Source: an archaeon (GTDB taxonomy: Archaea > SpSt-1190 > DYHY01). From it: a stretch of 64,000 bases of DNA. This document shows positions 19,473 to 29,710 of this stretch, in pieces; positions within the stretch are counted from its first letter, which is position 1, and every line of letters starts with the position of its first letter. Under the pieces are notes generated by a model. It was given only the letters and a program-made list of their open reading frames with translations, was not told the DNA's origin and did not search any database. Where the stretch lies: positions 1-64,000 of the forward strand of contig JBBIPP010000009.1 of assembly GCA_037442745.1 (NCBI GenBank), in the 5' to 3' direction. A program made the position numbers and the translations under genes.

Positions 19473-19874
19473 GTGCCAATGGGAAAACGGATTGGCGGAA
19501 ACGCAAGCAATCTCCTTCTCTTCCTGAAAGACCCTCGGGCTGGGGCTTTTTTCGCTGTTCTTCTGCTTTCACTCCATATTGTGAACACTTTCCTTTCCAA
19601 AAACAACGTTATGCAAGTTCCCCTTGGCCTTGTTTCAACCCTTTTCGTTCCCGGATATTTGTGGCTCCCGGTAATTTCAAAGAGGGCTGTTGGCACAATG
19701 GAGCTTGTTTTGCTCTCAATTGCATTGAGCATATCCATTGTCATTTTTTCCGTCTCAATAGCCTCGCTTGCCCTCAAAATCCCCCTTACTGGCAGAAGCG
19801 TTCCGGTCATTTTGGCTCTTGTCTCCGGCCTTGGCCTCGCTCTTCGGAGAATTTTCCTCAAACGAATCCTCTAA
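19473..19874 (+). CDS. DUF1616-like membrane protein
   Basis: LFVPGY...ELVLLSIALSI pattern; 4 hydrophobic segments. Confidence 0.65.
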   Translation: MPMGKRIGGNASNLLLFLKDPRAGAFFAVLLLSLHIVNTFLSKNNVMQVPLGLVSTLFVPGYLWLPVISKRAVGTMELVLLSIALSISIVIFSVSIASLALKIPLTGRSVPVILALVSGLGLALRRIFLKRIL

Positions 19875-19959
19875 TGGTTGCAACGCATTGGTTGCGTTTG
19901 TCCGTAATTTTCTATTTATAGGCAAGTCTGCCAGGAATTTTCCGGGGTTCAAAAAAATA

Positions 19960-20226
19960 ATGAATGGCGCCGAGCTTTTCGTTTCATCGGAATGCGGTTT
20001 TTGCAAAAAAGTCGTTGAGGAAATGAAGGTAATTCTCGGTGAAAAGTTCTCAAAGGCAATACTCCTGAAGAACGTTGATTCTGAAGTGGAGTTCCAAAGG
20101 GAACTCTTGAAAATGAACTATCTCAGCACCCCTGTTCTCAGGGTGGAAGGGCGGACATGGGCAGTCGGACAGCTCAATGACGAGACAATAAGGCAGGTTT
20201 GCACGAACCTCTCTGCCAAATTCTAG
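19960..20226 (+). CDS. Glutaredoxin/thioredoxin-like protein
   Basis: CGFC active site, cis-Pro STP motif and VG; TATTTATA at 19913. Confidence 0.8.
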   Translation: MNGAELFVSSECGFCKKVVEEMKVILGEKFSKAILLKNVDSEVEFQRELLKMNYLSTPVLRVEGRTWAVGQLNDETIRQVCTNLSAKF

Positions 20227-20234
20227 GCAATTGC

Positions 20235-21302
20235 TCAGGTGGAAAAGAACAGTTTCATGTATTTCACAAGAATTCCCCAGTTCAGGGGGTTCCTGAAAAT
20301 CTCGTAGAATGCTCCCGAATGGAAATCCATATCTCCTTTCTTCTTGAGGGGCTCGATGTTCTTTTCGGCAAATAAGAGGAGTTCGTCATAATCCTCCTCA
20401 GACAGGCGGTTCAATACCCTTCTTATTTTCGATGCTAGAACGAGCTCTTTTCCAACAGTTTTTCTCCATTCAATCTCATAGCGTTCGGGGAAATCCTTGT
20501 TCCTTGCCGCAATTTCCGCGCAGAGCATCCCGGTTATTATTCCTCCCCCGGTGGTTGCTTTCGTCTGGCCGGCGCTGTCACCAACGAAAACAAGGTTTCC
20601 GAAAACCGCCCTCTTTAGGGGGGGCCCGCAGACAACATGGCTTCCTTGCCGCTCTGTTATTATAAAAGACTTGAATCTGCTTTTCAGAAAAGTTTCAAGA
20701 AGCTCCTTTGGAGCCTTTCCTGTCGCAACCCCGACCTTGGCAATGTGCGCGGTCTCTGGGACAACCCATGCGAAGAAATCGCTTTTAAGAAAATGTAGCT
20801 CAACATTTTCCGTATCGAGCTTCTCTGAGCTCCTCACAACATATTGGACTGCCGGGATTCTTGCGACTTTTTCCTTCTTCGGGACAAGGGATTCGGCCGT
20901 CCTTGATGCGATTCCCTCGCAGACAAACACCCTCTCCGATTTGGGAAGTGAAAGCGGATCGACCCGCTTTCCACTGACAATCTTGGCCCCGGCGCTCTCT
21001 GCAAGCTCAGACAGGTGGAGGTCGAATCCCGCTCTGTCAATTACTGTTGCCTCCTTTCTTCCTCTTGAGAGGAAGAGCTCCCTATTCTTCGAGAATAACT
21101 TGGCTCCTGAAATTGTGTTGAATTTCAGGGAATTGGGGAGCTTGAGGAGCTTTTCCTCTAGGCGGTTCGAGACAAGACCGGTGCAGTGCTCTGGCCTGCC
21201 GATTTTTTCATGCTCCTCATATAGAGTTGCATCTCGTCCAATGTTTTTCGCAGTCCACAGCCCTGCTGGACCTCCTCCAACAATGTGATACTTTTGGGAC
21301 AT
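20235..21302 (-). CDS. Geranylgeranyl reductase family flavoprotein
   Basis: VGGGPAG, PEHCTG, IDRAGFD, FAWVVP and VGDSAGQTKATTGGGI. Confidence 0.88.
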   Translation of the reverse strand: MSQKYHIVGGGPAGLWTAKNIGRDATLYEEHEKIGRPEHCTGLVSNRLEEKLLKLPNSLKFNTISGAKLFSKNRELFLSRGRKEATVIDRAGFDLHLSELAESAGAKIVSGKRVDPLSLPKSERVFVCEGIASRTAESLVPKKEKVARIPAVQYVVRSSEKLDTENVELHFLKSDFFAWVVPETAHIAKVGVATGKAPKELLETFLKSRFKSFIITERQGSHVVCGPPLKRAVFGNLVFVGDSAGQTKATTGGGIITGMLCAEIAARNKDFPERYEIEWRKTVGKELVLASKIRRVLNRLSEEDYDELLLFAEKNIEPLKKKGDMDFHSGAFYEIFRNPLNWGILVKYMKLFFST

Positions 21303-21425
21303 TCAGGAAAAGCTTATTATAGCCTAGGTATTTTAAGATTCTTGTTAGGGGGCTCAGGAAAGTCCGCAAAATTGTGGTCAAGGGAAGGAAGATTTATAAA
21401 TATTAACTACGAAAAGATGGTAAAA

Positions 21426-24400
21426 ATGGACAAAAAGGACATAAAGGGGACTCTGTTAAGCTTAATTCTTGTTGTTGTCGCATTCGGATTTGTCGGGTCA
21501 ATTCTTCTTGACTCGGGCTTTTCCTGGAGCTGTCATTGCACAAATCCAAGGGCTAACGGAGGATGCGGATCGGGCTGCTCCTTCTCTGGAGTCTCCTGCG
21601 GGCCGGGAGAAATCCAGTGGTGCGGGAGCGGAGGCCCTTGCAAGCCCCTTGTCAACACTCCTTGTTATTCCCAATGCAAAGATCTCCTAAAGACTGGGGG
21701 AATGTGCCATTGCGGGAACTATGTCTGGCCGACAACGACAATTCCCGGAACAACTACGACAATATGCGACCCTTGCACAACAACAACCTCCTGCGGAAGC
21801 TGTTCAACCACCACAACCAAGCCTTATTGCGACGGGGCGGACCTTATGAATGACCCGGACAATTGCGGATGGTGCGAACACGAATGCCCGGAGGGATACT
21901 GGTGCTCGAAGGGCTTTTGCGTTGGGGAGATTCCGGCGCCGAACTCCACCAACTATTGCGACGGGGCTGATCTCAGGACCGACGAACTCAACTGCGGATG
22001 GTGCGGGAACAAGTGCCCGCCCGATTACTACTGCTCGAACGGATTCTGCATACAGGACTTTGTAAGCGACAAGTGCGTACCAAAGACAATTGTTTCTGAT
22101 AATTTCACTGTCGGGGTTCCTGGCGCATGGCAGTTCAACCAGTCCGGAGGGAGGGTGGAATTCTCCGAGAGCGGAACATACCTTCTCATGGCTTCAAACG
22201 GGGTTGACAACGAGTTCCCCCTTGTCGGAAGGAGCGACGCATTCTCAGGGATAAGCCAGAAGGAAGGCTATTACTTCGAGGTCAGGTTCCAGTATCCTCA
22301 GGTGAAGGAGAGGGCGTCGGGAATCTATCTCGGGACATATTCGCCCTTTAGCGCATATACCAAAATGCCCGACAATGTCGGGTCATTTGACAGGGAAAAT
22401 GTCCTCTTAATCAAGGCCGATAGCGTATCAGGGATAATGAACATTACCGCTTTCGGGGAGCCGGTCTATTACCAGCCCTATGACACGGACTGGCATGTTG
22501 TCAGGCTTGAATCGGTCTCGAACTACTACAAGGTCTATATTGACGGGAAAATCTATTCGGCAGGAACCGCGACAACCAGACCAGTAATGCTGTGGTTCGG
22601 GAATTATACTTATTACAACAGCCTCTCTGACTGGAGCACTCTTCGGGTCGATTATGTAAAGACAGGGACGCTCTGCGAGAGCCCGTGCTCTGGCGACTAT
22701 ATGAGCGACAGCTTCAACTGCGGATGGTGCGGAAACATCTGCCCGATGGGATATTCGTGCTCAAGGGGCTTTTGCGTTGAACCAATGAAAATTACTACGA
22801 CAGTGAAACCTGTTGACAGCACATGCAAGACCCCCGAACAATGGGGGCAGAGGGAATCTTGTTGCGACGGAACTGACAACAACCAGAACAACCTGATTGA
22901 CGCAAGGGACCCCTCCTGCAATGTTGACAAAATGTATGGTTGGGGGATTAACGAGGCATGCTACGGGACAGAGCATCCCTATAGGACGGCAATCCGCACA
23001 GAATCCGGATATTTCCGGTGCCCTGATGGGACTGAAAAAATGCGCCTTTACATGAAATCAGTTTCTGAGAGTTCCGACAAGCTCTCAATTTTCGACGGGA
23101 ATAGGGGTAACCAGATGATTGGGGTCCTTGAGTCGAATCTCAACAAAGGGCAGTACGGATGGACAGAATACTATCCGACGTCAAGAGTCAAACTGGTATT
23201 CAACAGCGACGGGATTGCCCCCAACTGGGGGTTCGATGTTGCCAAGGTCGAGTGCTACAACGGGTACAACTATTCAATACCGCCATGCGACAGCCATCTA
23301 TGTAGTCTGAAAAGCGGGAACTACTGCAACGGCCCGGTGACCGAGTACAGGAACTATTTCTGCTCTGAAAGCGTCTGCAAATACTCGGTCAGTTCCGCCG
23401 GCCAGAAGAGCGGGTCCTGCGGAGTATATGGGTTGACTGTCGAGACTGACAAAGATTCCTACAGGGACGGAGAGGAAGTCAAAGTAAGGGGAAAGGTCTC
23501 AAATGTTGCATGCCCGACAAAATATGCGGCAGATGTCTATCTTGAGGTCGCGACCAAGTTCGGGAAATGGAACACTTACACTGACTTTGCCGGGAATTAT
23601 TATGTCTCAATGTTCAATGTTCCTGCCGGGGACAACGAGGTTATTGTCCGTGCGTTTTCGGAGCCAACTGGCGCAGTCGTTGCCTACGGGAGCAAATGGT
23701 TCTCGAAGAGCTCTGAAGGGCTGAAAGTAACAATACAGGCTGTCCCGATGACAGTCCTCGCCGGAGAGAAAATAAAAATAACTGGAAAGGTGAGCGAGAA
23801 AGGTGTTCCTGTAAAGCAGGCTGCTGTAGATTTGAGAACTCCTTGGGGGAAAGAAATTCTCTATACGAACACTTTCGGAGAGTATTCAACGGACGTCTGG
23901 ACAACCTCCTGGTATGGGAACAGCAACGTGACAGCATATGCGAACACTGGGGACAGGGCGGGGTCGGCGTCCACAATGATAACTGTGAACCCTGCGGGGA
24001 ACGGCTCAGAGATATTCACCCTTGACGCTCCGGCAATTGTAAAGCCGAATAAATTATTCTCTGCCGGGGGCAAGTGGTTCATTGACGGGGTTCCGGCAAG
24101 CGAGCCTTTCATTCTGACTTTCGGGGATTCCCGGAAGACTGCGAGGCCGTCTGAGGGCTATTACAATGTTACCTTGCTATCGCCTCCGATCGAAACATGC
24201 ACGTTCGTTGTTGCAAGGAACCTCTCAAAACAGGTCTGCACAAGAAAGCACGATTCAATGACCCTTTCAATCGGATATGAGGAAGCGACTGACCGGCTCT
24301 ATTTCGAGGGCAAGTACGAGAACGGGGAGCCAGTTAACGGCACACTTGCATATTCTGTCGGGTCCGAAAGGTACAGATACGAGAGGATTGTTGGCGGACT

Positions 24401-25217
24401 GTATGAAACAACGAGGGATTTCCCCGCCGGCAGGTCGGTTGTTTATGCGAATTTGAACGACGACAGGCTCTATGCATCAGCAACAAAGGAAATTGTTGTT
24501 ATTGGAGAGCAGGAGACAACTGTTCCGACATCTGGATATCCTGATGACGAACCGACGTCTTCGACAATAGTTGCGACAAGCATTCAAGTCGATTCAAGCT
24601 CCCTTGTCAAGGCAACTGCTCCTGTTGAAGTAACAGTATATCGCTTTGAAGAAGAGACATTTTCCGTGACAATTGAGAACAAGGACTCTGTTGAAAGGCA
24701 GGCTCTTGTTGTTTTTGGGTCCGAGAGCGCGGTTGTCAGAATAGGGCCGGGGGGAAGCGCGCAGGCTTCTTTCTTGGTTAGCGGAACAGGGGCAAGTGAA
24801 AAAGTCGTCCCGGTAAGGGTCGAGAGCCTCGGAAAGACCGTTTTTGCGAAGAATGTGAAGGTTTATGTGAAGGATTTCGGGATAATCTGGCCAAAGGTGG
24901 TCTTCTACAAGGGAAGCGCCTCGATTCCATATCTACTGACAGGCCAGACTAGTGGAGCGGTTGTAAACGACAGCCTTGAGAACGAGAACGGGACAATTCT
25001 TGTCTCTTCGGGAGCGGTGAGCGACCTTCCGAGCAACGGAACAGTCTCAGCAGTCCTCGAAAAGGGCGAATATACTGTGTGCGCGAACGCAACAAACACA
25101 AAGGGCAATATGATAATTGACGATTGCGTGCAAGTGACTGTAAAGGAAGGAATGGGGCTGTCTGTCTGGTTCATTGTCGCAATAGGAATCGCGGCAGTTG
25201 CGCTGTTTTTCTTCTAG
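21426..25217 (+). CDS. Large Cys-rich cell-surface protein (Stig1-like repeats, LamG-like, CUB-like and Ig-like domains)
   Basis: Signal/TM segment at the N-terminus; three D..NCGWC...CP..Y.CS.GFC repeats; Thr-rich linkers; a CCDGTDNNQNNLID motif; CUB-like KLVFNSDG....GF; C-terminal TM. TTTATAAATA at 21393 supports the start. Confidence 0.8.
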   Translation: MDKKDIKGTLLSLILVVVAFGFVGSILLDSGFSWSCHCTNPRANGGCGSGCSFSGVSCGPGEIQWCGSGGPCKPLVNTPCYSQCKDLLKTGGMCHCGNYVWPTTTIPGTTTTICDPCTTTTSCGSCSTTTTKPYCDGADLMNDPDNCGWCEHECPEGYWCSKGFCVGEIPAPNSTNYCDGADLRTDELNCGWCGNKCPPDYYCSNGFCIQDFVSDKCVPKTIVSDNFTVGVPGAWQFNQSGGRVEFSESGTYLLMASNGVDNEFPLVGRSDAFSGISQKEGYYFEVRFQYPQVKERASGIYLGTYSPFSAYTKMPDNVGSFDRENVLLIKADSVSGIMNITAFGEPVYYQPYDTDWHVVRLESVSNYYKVYIDGKIYSAGTATTRPVMLWFGNYTYYNSLSDWSTLRVDYVKTGTLCESPCSGDYMSDSFNCGWCGNICPMGYSCSRGFCVEPMKITTTVKPVDSTCKTPEQWGQRESCCDGTDNNQNNLIDARDPSCNVDKMYGWGINEACYGTEHPYRTAIRTESGYFRCPDGTEKMRLYMKSVSESSDKLSIFDGNRGNQMIGVLESNLNKGQYGWTEYYPTSRVKLVFNSDGIAPNWGFDVAKVECYNGYNYSIPPCDSHLCSLKSGNYCNGPVTEYRNYFCSESVCKYSVSSAGQKSGSCGVYGLTVETDKDSYRDGEEVKVRGKVSNVACPTKYAADVYLEVATKFGKWNTYTDFAGNYYVSMFNVPAGDNEVIVRAFSEPTGAVVAYGSKWFSKSSEGLKVTIQAVPMTVLAGEKIKITGKVSEKGVPVKQAAVDLRTPWGKEILYTNTFGEYSTDVWTTSWYGNSNVTAYANTGDRAGSASTMITVNPAGNGSEIFTLDAPAIVKPNKLFSAGGKWFIDGVPASEPFILTFGDSRKTARPSEGYYNVTLLSPPIETCTFVVARNLSKQVCTRKHDSMTLSIGYEEATDRLYFEGKYENGEPVNGTLAYSVGSERYRYERIVGGLYETTRDFPAGRSVVYANLNDDRLYASATKEIVVIGEQETTVPTSGYPDDEPTSSTIVATSIQVDSSSLVKATAPVEVTVYRFEEETFSVTIENKDSVERQALVVFGSESAVVRIGPGGSAQASFLVSGTGASEKVVPVRVESLGKTVFAKNVKVYVKDFGIIWPKVVFYKGSASIPYLLTGQTSGAVVNDSLENENGTILVSSGAVSDLPSNGTVSAVLEKGEYTVCANATNTKGNMIIDDCVQVTVKEGMGLSVWFIVAIGIAAVALFFF

Positions 25218-25243
25218 GGAAGAACGGCGGGAGAGGGAAACGG

Positions 25244-25921
25244 CTATTTCCCAAAGCGCCTGTTTCGCTGTTCGAACCCTGAAACAGATCTCTTCAGGTC
25301 CTCCCTTGAGAACTCGGGCCACATTTTCGAGACGAAATCGAGCTCAGCATAGCTAGAGCCCCACAGGAGAAAGCCGGACAAGCGCTTTTCCCCGCCAGTC
25401 CGTATTATCAGGTCCGGCTTGGGGAACCGACCTATATAGGTCGCCTGCTCAATCTCCTTTTCAGTCCTGGCTCCGCCGGAGACAGCATCCACAATCTCGG
25501 AATGGCCGTCATATGCCAAAGCAATGTTCAGGTTGAACCTGTCGTTCTCCTTTGTTGCCATCTCGGCTGACCGGAGAGCCTTCTGGAACGCCGGAGGGAA
25601 AATATTGGTTCTCCCAATGAAGTTTATCCTGACATTCTCCATCATGAACTTGTCCGTCTTTTTGGCATCGGAGAGGCCCCATTTTATCAGATTGAGTATT
25701 TTCGAGACTTCTATTTTCGGCCGGGACAGGTTCTTCGAAGAGAGGCCGTATACTGTGAGGACGGGTATTTGCCAGTCCTCAAAAATCCAGTGGAAGAATT
25801 CGCGCATTTTTTCAACGCCTTTTTCGTGTCCCCACCAAGGAAGCTGGTTTCTTTCCTTTGCGAACCTGCGGTTGCCATCGGGTATTAGGCCGAGGTGTCT
25901 TATTGAAGTTCGCGCTGTCAT
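25244..25921 (-). CDS. uppS: cis-prenyltransferase (polyprenyl diphosphate synthase)
   Basis: HLGLIPDGNRRFA, PDLIIRTGGEKRLSGFLLW and RNRRFG. Confidence 0.96.
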   Translation of the reverse strand: MTARTSIRHLGLIPDGNRRFAKERNQLPWWGHEKGVEKMREFFHWIFEDWQIPVLTVYGLSSKNLSRPKIEVSKILNLIKWGLSDAKKTDKFMMENVRINFIGRTNIFPPAFQKALRSAEMATKENDRFNLNIALAYDGHSEIVDAVSGGARTEKEIEQATYIGRFPKPDLIIRTGGEKRLSGFLLWGSSYAELDFVSKMWPEFSREDLKRSVSGFEQRNRRFGK

Positions 25922-25949
25922 TTTCGGGAATTCCGGGAAAAATTAAGGT

Positions 25950-28196
25950 TTATTTGTCTTTCTTATCGGACTGGGCATTGTCCCCTTCCTCTCCGAAAAC
26001 TACCCTGCGTATTGTCGCAGATGTCGCCTTGCCAATTCCGCGGACATTTTCGAGTGCGCTTTTTTCTGCGAGAAATACTGCTCCCGGGGTTTTGAATTCG
26101 GAAAGAAGCCTCCTTGCAAGGGTTATATTCACTTCCGGAATGGATGCGACAAGGGCTTCCTGCTGTTCGGAGAGAGTCTTTCCCCGCTTCTTTCCCTTCA
26201 ACTGGGGGGGATTCCCCTCAGAGAACTCCCGCTTGGCAATTGAAATTATTAGGGCGGCAGTCTCATCCGTTCCTGAGGAGAATATTGTCGGTATCCCAAA
26301 CTCAAGGGCAACTGCCGCAAAGGCACCCCTTATTGCGTTAGGGTGGATGTTTCGCTCAGAATAGAGAGTCTCAATCCCCTTTTCAGCTTCTATTATTATC
26401 AGGGGCCGGTCAAATGATTTGGCAAGCTCCCCCGCCTGCTCGAAGAGACGGCCATCCATTATTGAGGAAACGAAATCTCCAGCCTCCTTCCGCTCTATTG
26501 CAATAGAATCCGAGATAATATAGTCGGCGACAGGCAAGTTCGTTATCTCGAGGGCGAACCCGGAATTCCGAAGAATCGGGAGGATTCCAGATGGCATTTC
26601 CCGGGAATCGGCAATTATTTTCTGGGAGATGTCGCCCTTGGCGCCGTCCTTCTCCTCGTCAATGAAGGGGACAAGCGTCTTGTTTGCGGAAACTTCCTCC
26701 CTCTTCGCCATCCTGGCCGAGCGTATTATCTCATTCATTGCTTTCTCGTTCCGATGCGATATCCACCTGTATGCCTCGTCCCGAGTCCCTTTGGCGAAAA
26801 GAACAATAACTTTTCCATCCCCTTTTCTTCCGGTCCGCCCCCTTCTTTGAATATGCCTTATTGCGCTCGGGACAGGCTCGTAGAATATTATCAGGTCAAC
26901 TGAAGGTATGTCAATTCCCTCCTCCCCGACAGAAGTGCTGACGAGGACTGCGAACTTGCCCTCTCGGAACTCTTCAATTGTCTCCTTTTGCTTTTTCTGG
27001 GTGAACCCCTCCTTCTGCCCAAGGAAAATGTGCGAGGTTATCCCTGCGTTTGAGAGCTCTTCGGATATTTTCTTCGCCTGCGAGCGGTAGTGGGAGAAAA
27101 CTATTGCCTGCCTTCCGTCTTCTCTGTCCTTGATTAGGGAGACGAGTGCTGGAAGCTTTGGATGGTCGAGTCCCTTTGCCCGCAGATGCCTTGCGATCGC
27201 TTCCGCCTGCCGGAAATCCTCGAGAAGGGATATTTGCTTTGAGGATTTCGAGCCATCTGCCTTCATTTTCACGAGGAATTCCGTTAGGGAGAAAATCCCT
27301 TGGGTCTCTAGGAGCTCTATTGAATGGAGTATTTTTATTGCACCCGCAGTGTTCGCAATTGCGGAGAAATCCCGGAGCGCGGCCGCCCTTGACTTTGCCC
27401 CGAGGAGTTCCCTTTTTGAGACAAATGACGAGTCGGCGGACTCTATAAGGCCGGAGGCTTTCAGGCCCCGAAGGTAGCTCCGGAGGACTGAGAAGAGGAG
27501 CTCTCGCACACGGAGGAACTCTTTGGGAAGATCTATTTGCCTAAAGTCAACTGACACCTTGGAAACATAAGGCGAGACGTCCGGGTCGCTCTCTGTCCGG
27601 GCCTCCACCCTTGAAATCCGAAGGTTCCTGCATATTTCGTCAACCTTCTCCTTTGTGTTTCCCGGGGACGCGGTTAGGGCGAGAATCAGAGGATTCTCGG
27701 AGGAGTTTGCATATTCCCCTGCCAAGAAAACATATGAATCGCTTTTCACGCAATGGTGGGCCTCGTCGAAAACCGCAATGGATGTCCGCTTGAATGAGAA
27801 CGCTCCTGTCAGTATGTCATTTCGGAGAGCGGGGGCAGTGACGGAGATTAGGCGCGATTTTGAGTAGAGCTCCTTTCTCTTTTCGGGGGGAGTTTCCCCG
27901 GTTATTGGAACTGCCTCTATTGAGAGGAAGGAAGAGAGCGTTTTCGCGTGCTGTTCCACTAGGGGCTTTGTCGGGGCAATTATCACTGCGTTTGTTTCCG
28001 GAAATTTGGAAAGGCGGGAAGATATTACAAGGGCCGCGATTGCAGTCTTTCCGAGAGCTGTCGGGAGGACAACCAAGGTGTTTTGGCCCTTTAGGATTGC
28101 CCCCGCAATAACTTCCTGATAGAGTCTCCTCTCTATTTTCTCAGGAGAAATGAAACCACCTGAGAAATATTCTTTTCCGGCGGAGTTTTCGGGCAT
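25950..28196 (-). CDS. hef: Hef (FANCM-like helicase plus ERCC4/XPF nuclease and HhH)
   Basis: LPTALGKT, DEAHH, LTASPG, QRRGRTGR, DSRE and IERKEAGDF. Confidence 0.95.
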   Translation of the reverse strand: MPENSAGKEYFSGGFISPEKIERRLYQEVIAGAILKGQNTLVVLPTALGKTAIAALVISSRLSKFPETNAVIIAPTKPLVEQHAKTLSSFLSIEAVPITGETPPEKRKELYSKSRLISVTAPALRNDILTGAFSFKRTSIAVFDEAHHCVKSDSYVFLAGEYANSSENPLILALTASPGNTKEKVDEICRNLRISRVEARTESDPDVSPYVSKVSVDFRQIDLPKEFLRVRELLFSVLRSYLRGLKASGLIESADSSFVSKRELLGAKSRAAALRDFSAIANTAGAIKILHSIELLETQGIFSLTEFLVKMKADGSKSSKQISLLEDFRQAEAIARHLRAKGLDHPKLPALVSLIKDREDGRQAIVFSHYRSQAKKISEELSNAGITSHIFLGQKEGFTQKKQKETIEEFREGKFAVLVSTSVGEEGIDIPSVDLIIFYEPVPSAIRHIQRRGRTGRKGDGKVIVLFAKGTRDEAYRWISHRNEKAMNEIIRSARMAKREEVSANKTLVPFIDEEKDGAKGDISQKIIADSREMPSGILPILRNSGFALEITNLPVADYIISDSIAIERKEAGDFVSSIMDGRLFEQAGELAKSFDRPLIIIEAEKGIETLYSERNIHPNAIRGAFAAVALEFGIPTIFSSGTDETAALIISIAKREFSEGNPPQLKGKKRGKTLSEQQEALVASIPEVNITLARRLLSEFKTPGAVFLAEKSALENVRGIGKATSATIRRVVFGEEGDNAQSDKKDK

Positions 28197-28290
28197 TTGG
28201 GTCAGTTTTCCTCATTTCGGGTTTTTAGAGTGTTTGGATGGGCTTGCCGGTATTGGTAGTCTGGAGGCGGGGGGCCGGAAAGCTTATAAG

Positions 28291-28314
28291 TAATATTCTG
28301 AAATCTGAATATTA
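28291..28314 (+). promoter_or_regulatory. Inverted repeat, likely PadR operator
   Basis: TAATATTC-N8-GAATATTA between TATA (CTTATAAG 28283-28290) and the padR ATG at 28321. Confidence 0.6.
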
Positions 28315-28320
28315 GAAAAT

Positions 28321-28707
28321 ATGAATAAGGATTCGGGCGATGCCGGCCTCTCAAGGCATATGGCAAAGGGAATGCTGAAGCTATTCATACTCTTCTCAAT
28401 TGCCAAATCCCCGAGCCACGGCTATTCTCTCTTGAAGGAATTCAGGAACAAGTCCAAATCCTGCCCGGCGGATGCGAGGAAAGACATCGGAATCGGGCAA
28501 TTCTATTCTATTATTGACGTACTAGAAGAGTCGGGCCTTGTGAAATCGTCCATTGAGGGCAGGACGGGGCGCCAGAGGAAAATGCTCTCAATAACGCCCA
28601 AGGGCAGGCAAGTTGTCCGAAAAGCGAAAAGGCATTTCGCATCCGCAATCGGGATGTTCAAAGAAGTTGTTCCAGAACTCTTCGGGAATCCCGGGAGGGC
28701 CCCTTGA
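28321..28707 (+). CDS. PadR-family transcriptional regulator
   Basis: SHGYSL...G.FY....LEESGLV...RK...ITPKG. Confidence 0.88.
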   Translation: MNKDSGDAGLSRHMAKGMLKLFILFSIAKSPSHGYSLLKEFRNKSKSCPADARKDIGIGQFYSIIDVLEESGLVKSSIEGRTGRQRKMLSITPKGRQVVRKAKRHFASAIGMFKEVVPELFGNPGRAP

Positions 28708-29705
28708 TGCCGAAGATTGCTGTCGAGGCATCTGGTCTCTCGAAGAAGTTCGGGCAGTTCGACGCGGTAAAGTCAATTGATTTTTCGGTGAACGAGGGGG
28801 AGATTTTTGGATTCCTAGGACCGAACGGAGCCGGAAAGAGCACTACAATAAACATGCTGACAACCCTTCTACCTGTTACCGGGGGGCGGGTAACTGTCTC
28901 GGGGTTTGACGTTTCTAGGAACCCGGAAGAGGTGAGGAAGCGTATCTGCCTCATTTCCCAAGAAGGGAGCGCTGACGGGGACCTCACAGCGGAGGAAAAC
29001 TTGATTTTCTATGGCAAACTATACCATGTTCCAAAGAAGGAGCTCTCCGGGCGGGTGAAGAGGGCGCTCTCGTTCGTCAATCTGTCAGAAAAAAAGGACG
29101 TCCGCGTGAGGTTCTTCTCTGGGGGTATGCGGAGGCGCCTTGAGATTGCAAAAGTCTTTGTCTCCGACCCGAAAATCGTCTTTTTGGACGAGCCCACAAT
29201 TGGCCTCGACCCACAGTCGAGGGAAATGATATGGAAGAAAGTCTTTGAAATAAACAGGAATAGTGGAATAACCGTTTTCATAACAACCCACTATATGCAG
29301 GAGGCGGAAGCACTCTGCAACAGGATTGCGATAATTGACAAGGGCAGGATAATCGCAATAGGGACTCCAAACGAACTCAAGAAGAGTATTGGAATTGCGG
29401 AGATTTGCGAATTCTCTGTCAATGAAAAGGGCGAAGCTCCCCTTGAAGGCCTCCTGAAAAAGCGCGGATTCTCGCCAGAACTCCTCTCAAAGGGAAGGAT
29501 GAGGATTCTTTCAAGGAAAGAGGGAAGCGAAAGAATAGTTTCTTCAGATGCCAAAAAGGCGGGGGCAACTGTCTCGGAATTCCGGGCAAGGCGCCCGAAC
29601 ATGGAGGACGTCTTTCTTTATTATACAGGTCATGACGTAAGGGATTCCGATTCCGACGGGGCGCAATTGACAAGGAACCTTGCGAAAAACATCAGGGGGG
29701 GTTAG
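28707..29705 (+). CDS. ABC exporter ATP-binding protein (DrrA-like)
   Basis: GPNGAGKST, FSGGMRRRLEIA, LDEPT and TTHY. Confidence 0.95.
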   Translation: MPKIAVEASGLSKKFGQFDAVKSIDFSVNEGEIFGFLGPNGAGKSTTINMLTTLLPVTGGRVTVSGFDVSRNPEEVRKRICLISQEGSADGDLTAEENLIFYGKLYHVPKKELSGRVKRALSFVNLSEKKDVRVRFFSGGMRRRLEIAKVFVSDPKIVFLDEPTIGLDPQSREMIWKKVFEINRNSGITVFITTHYMQEAEALCNRIAIIDKGRIIAIGTPNELKKSIGIAEICEFSVNEKGEAPLEGLLKKRGFSPELLSKGRMRILSRKEGSERIVSSDAKKAGATVSEFRARRPNMEDVFLYYTGHDVRDSDSDGAQLTRNLAKNIRGG

Positions 29706-29710
29706 AAAAA

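Noticed and set aside
21285-21425. N-terminal extensions given by the ORF track (also nurA, pyrH, CARF, histone, glutaredoxin)
   Set aside because: They overlap promoters or neighbouring genes; downstream starts fit TATA spacing and family N-termini better.
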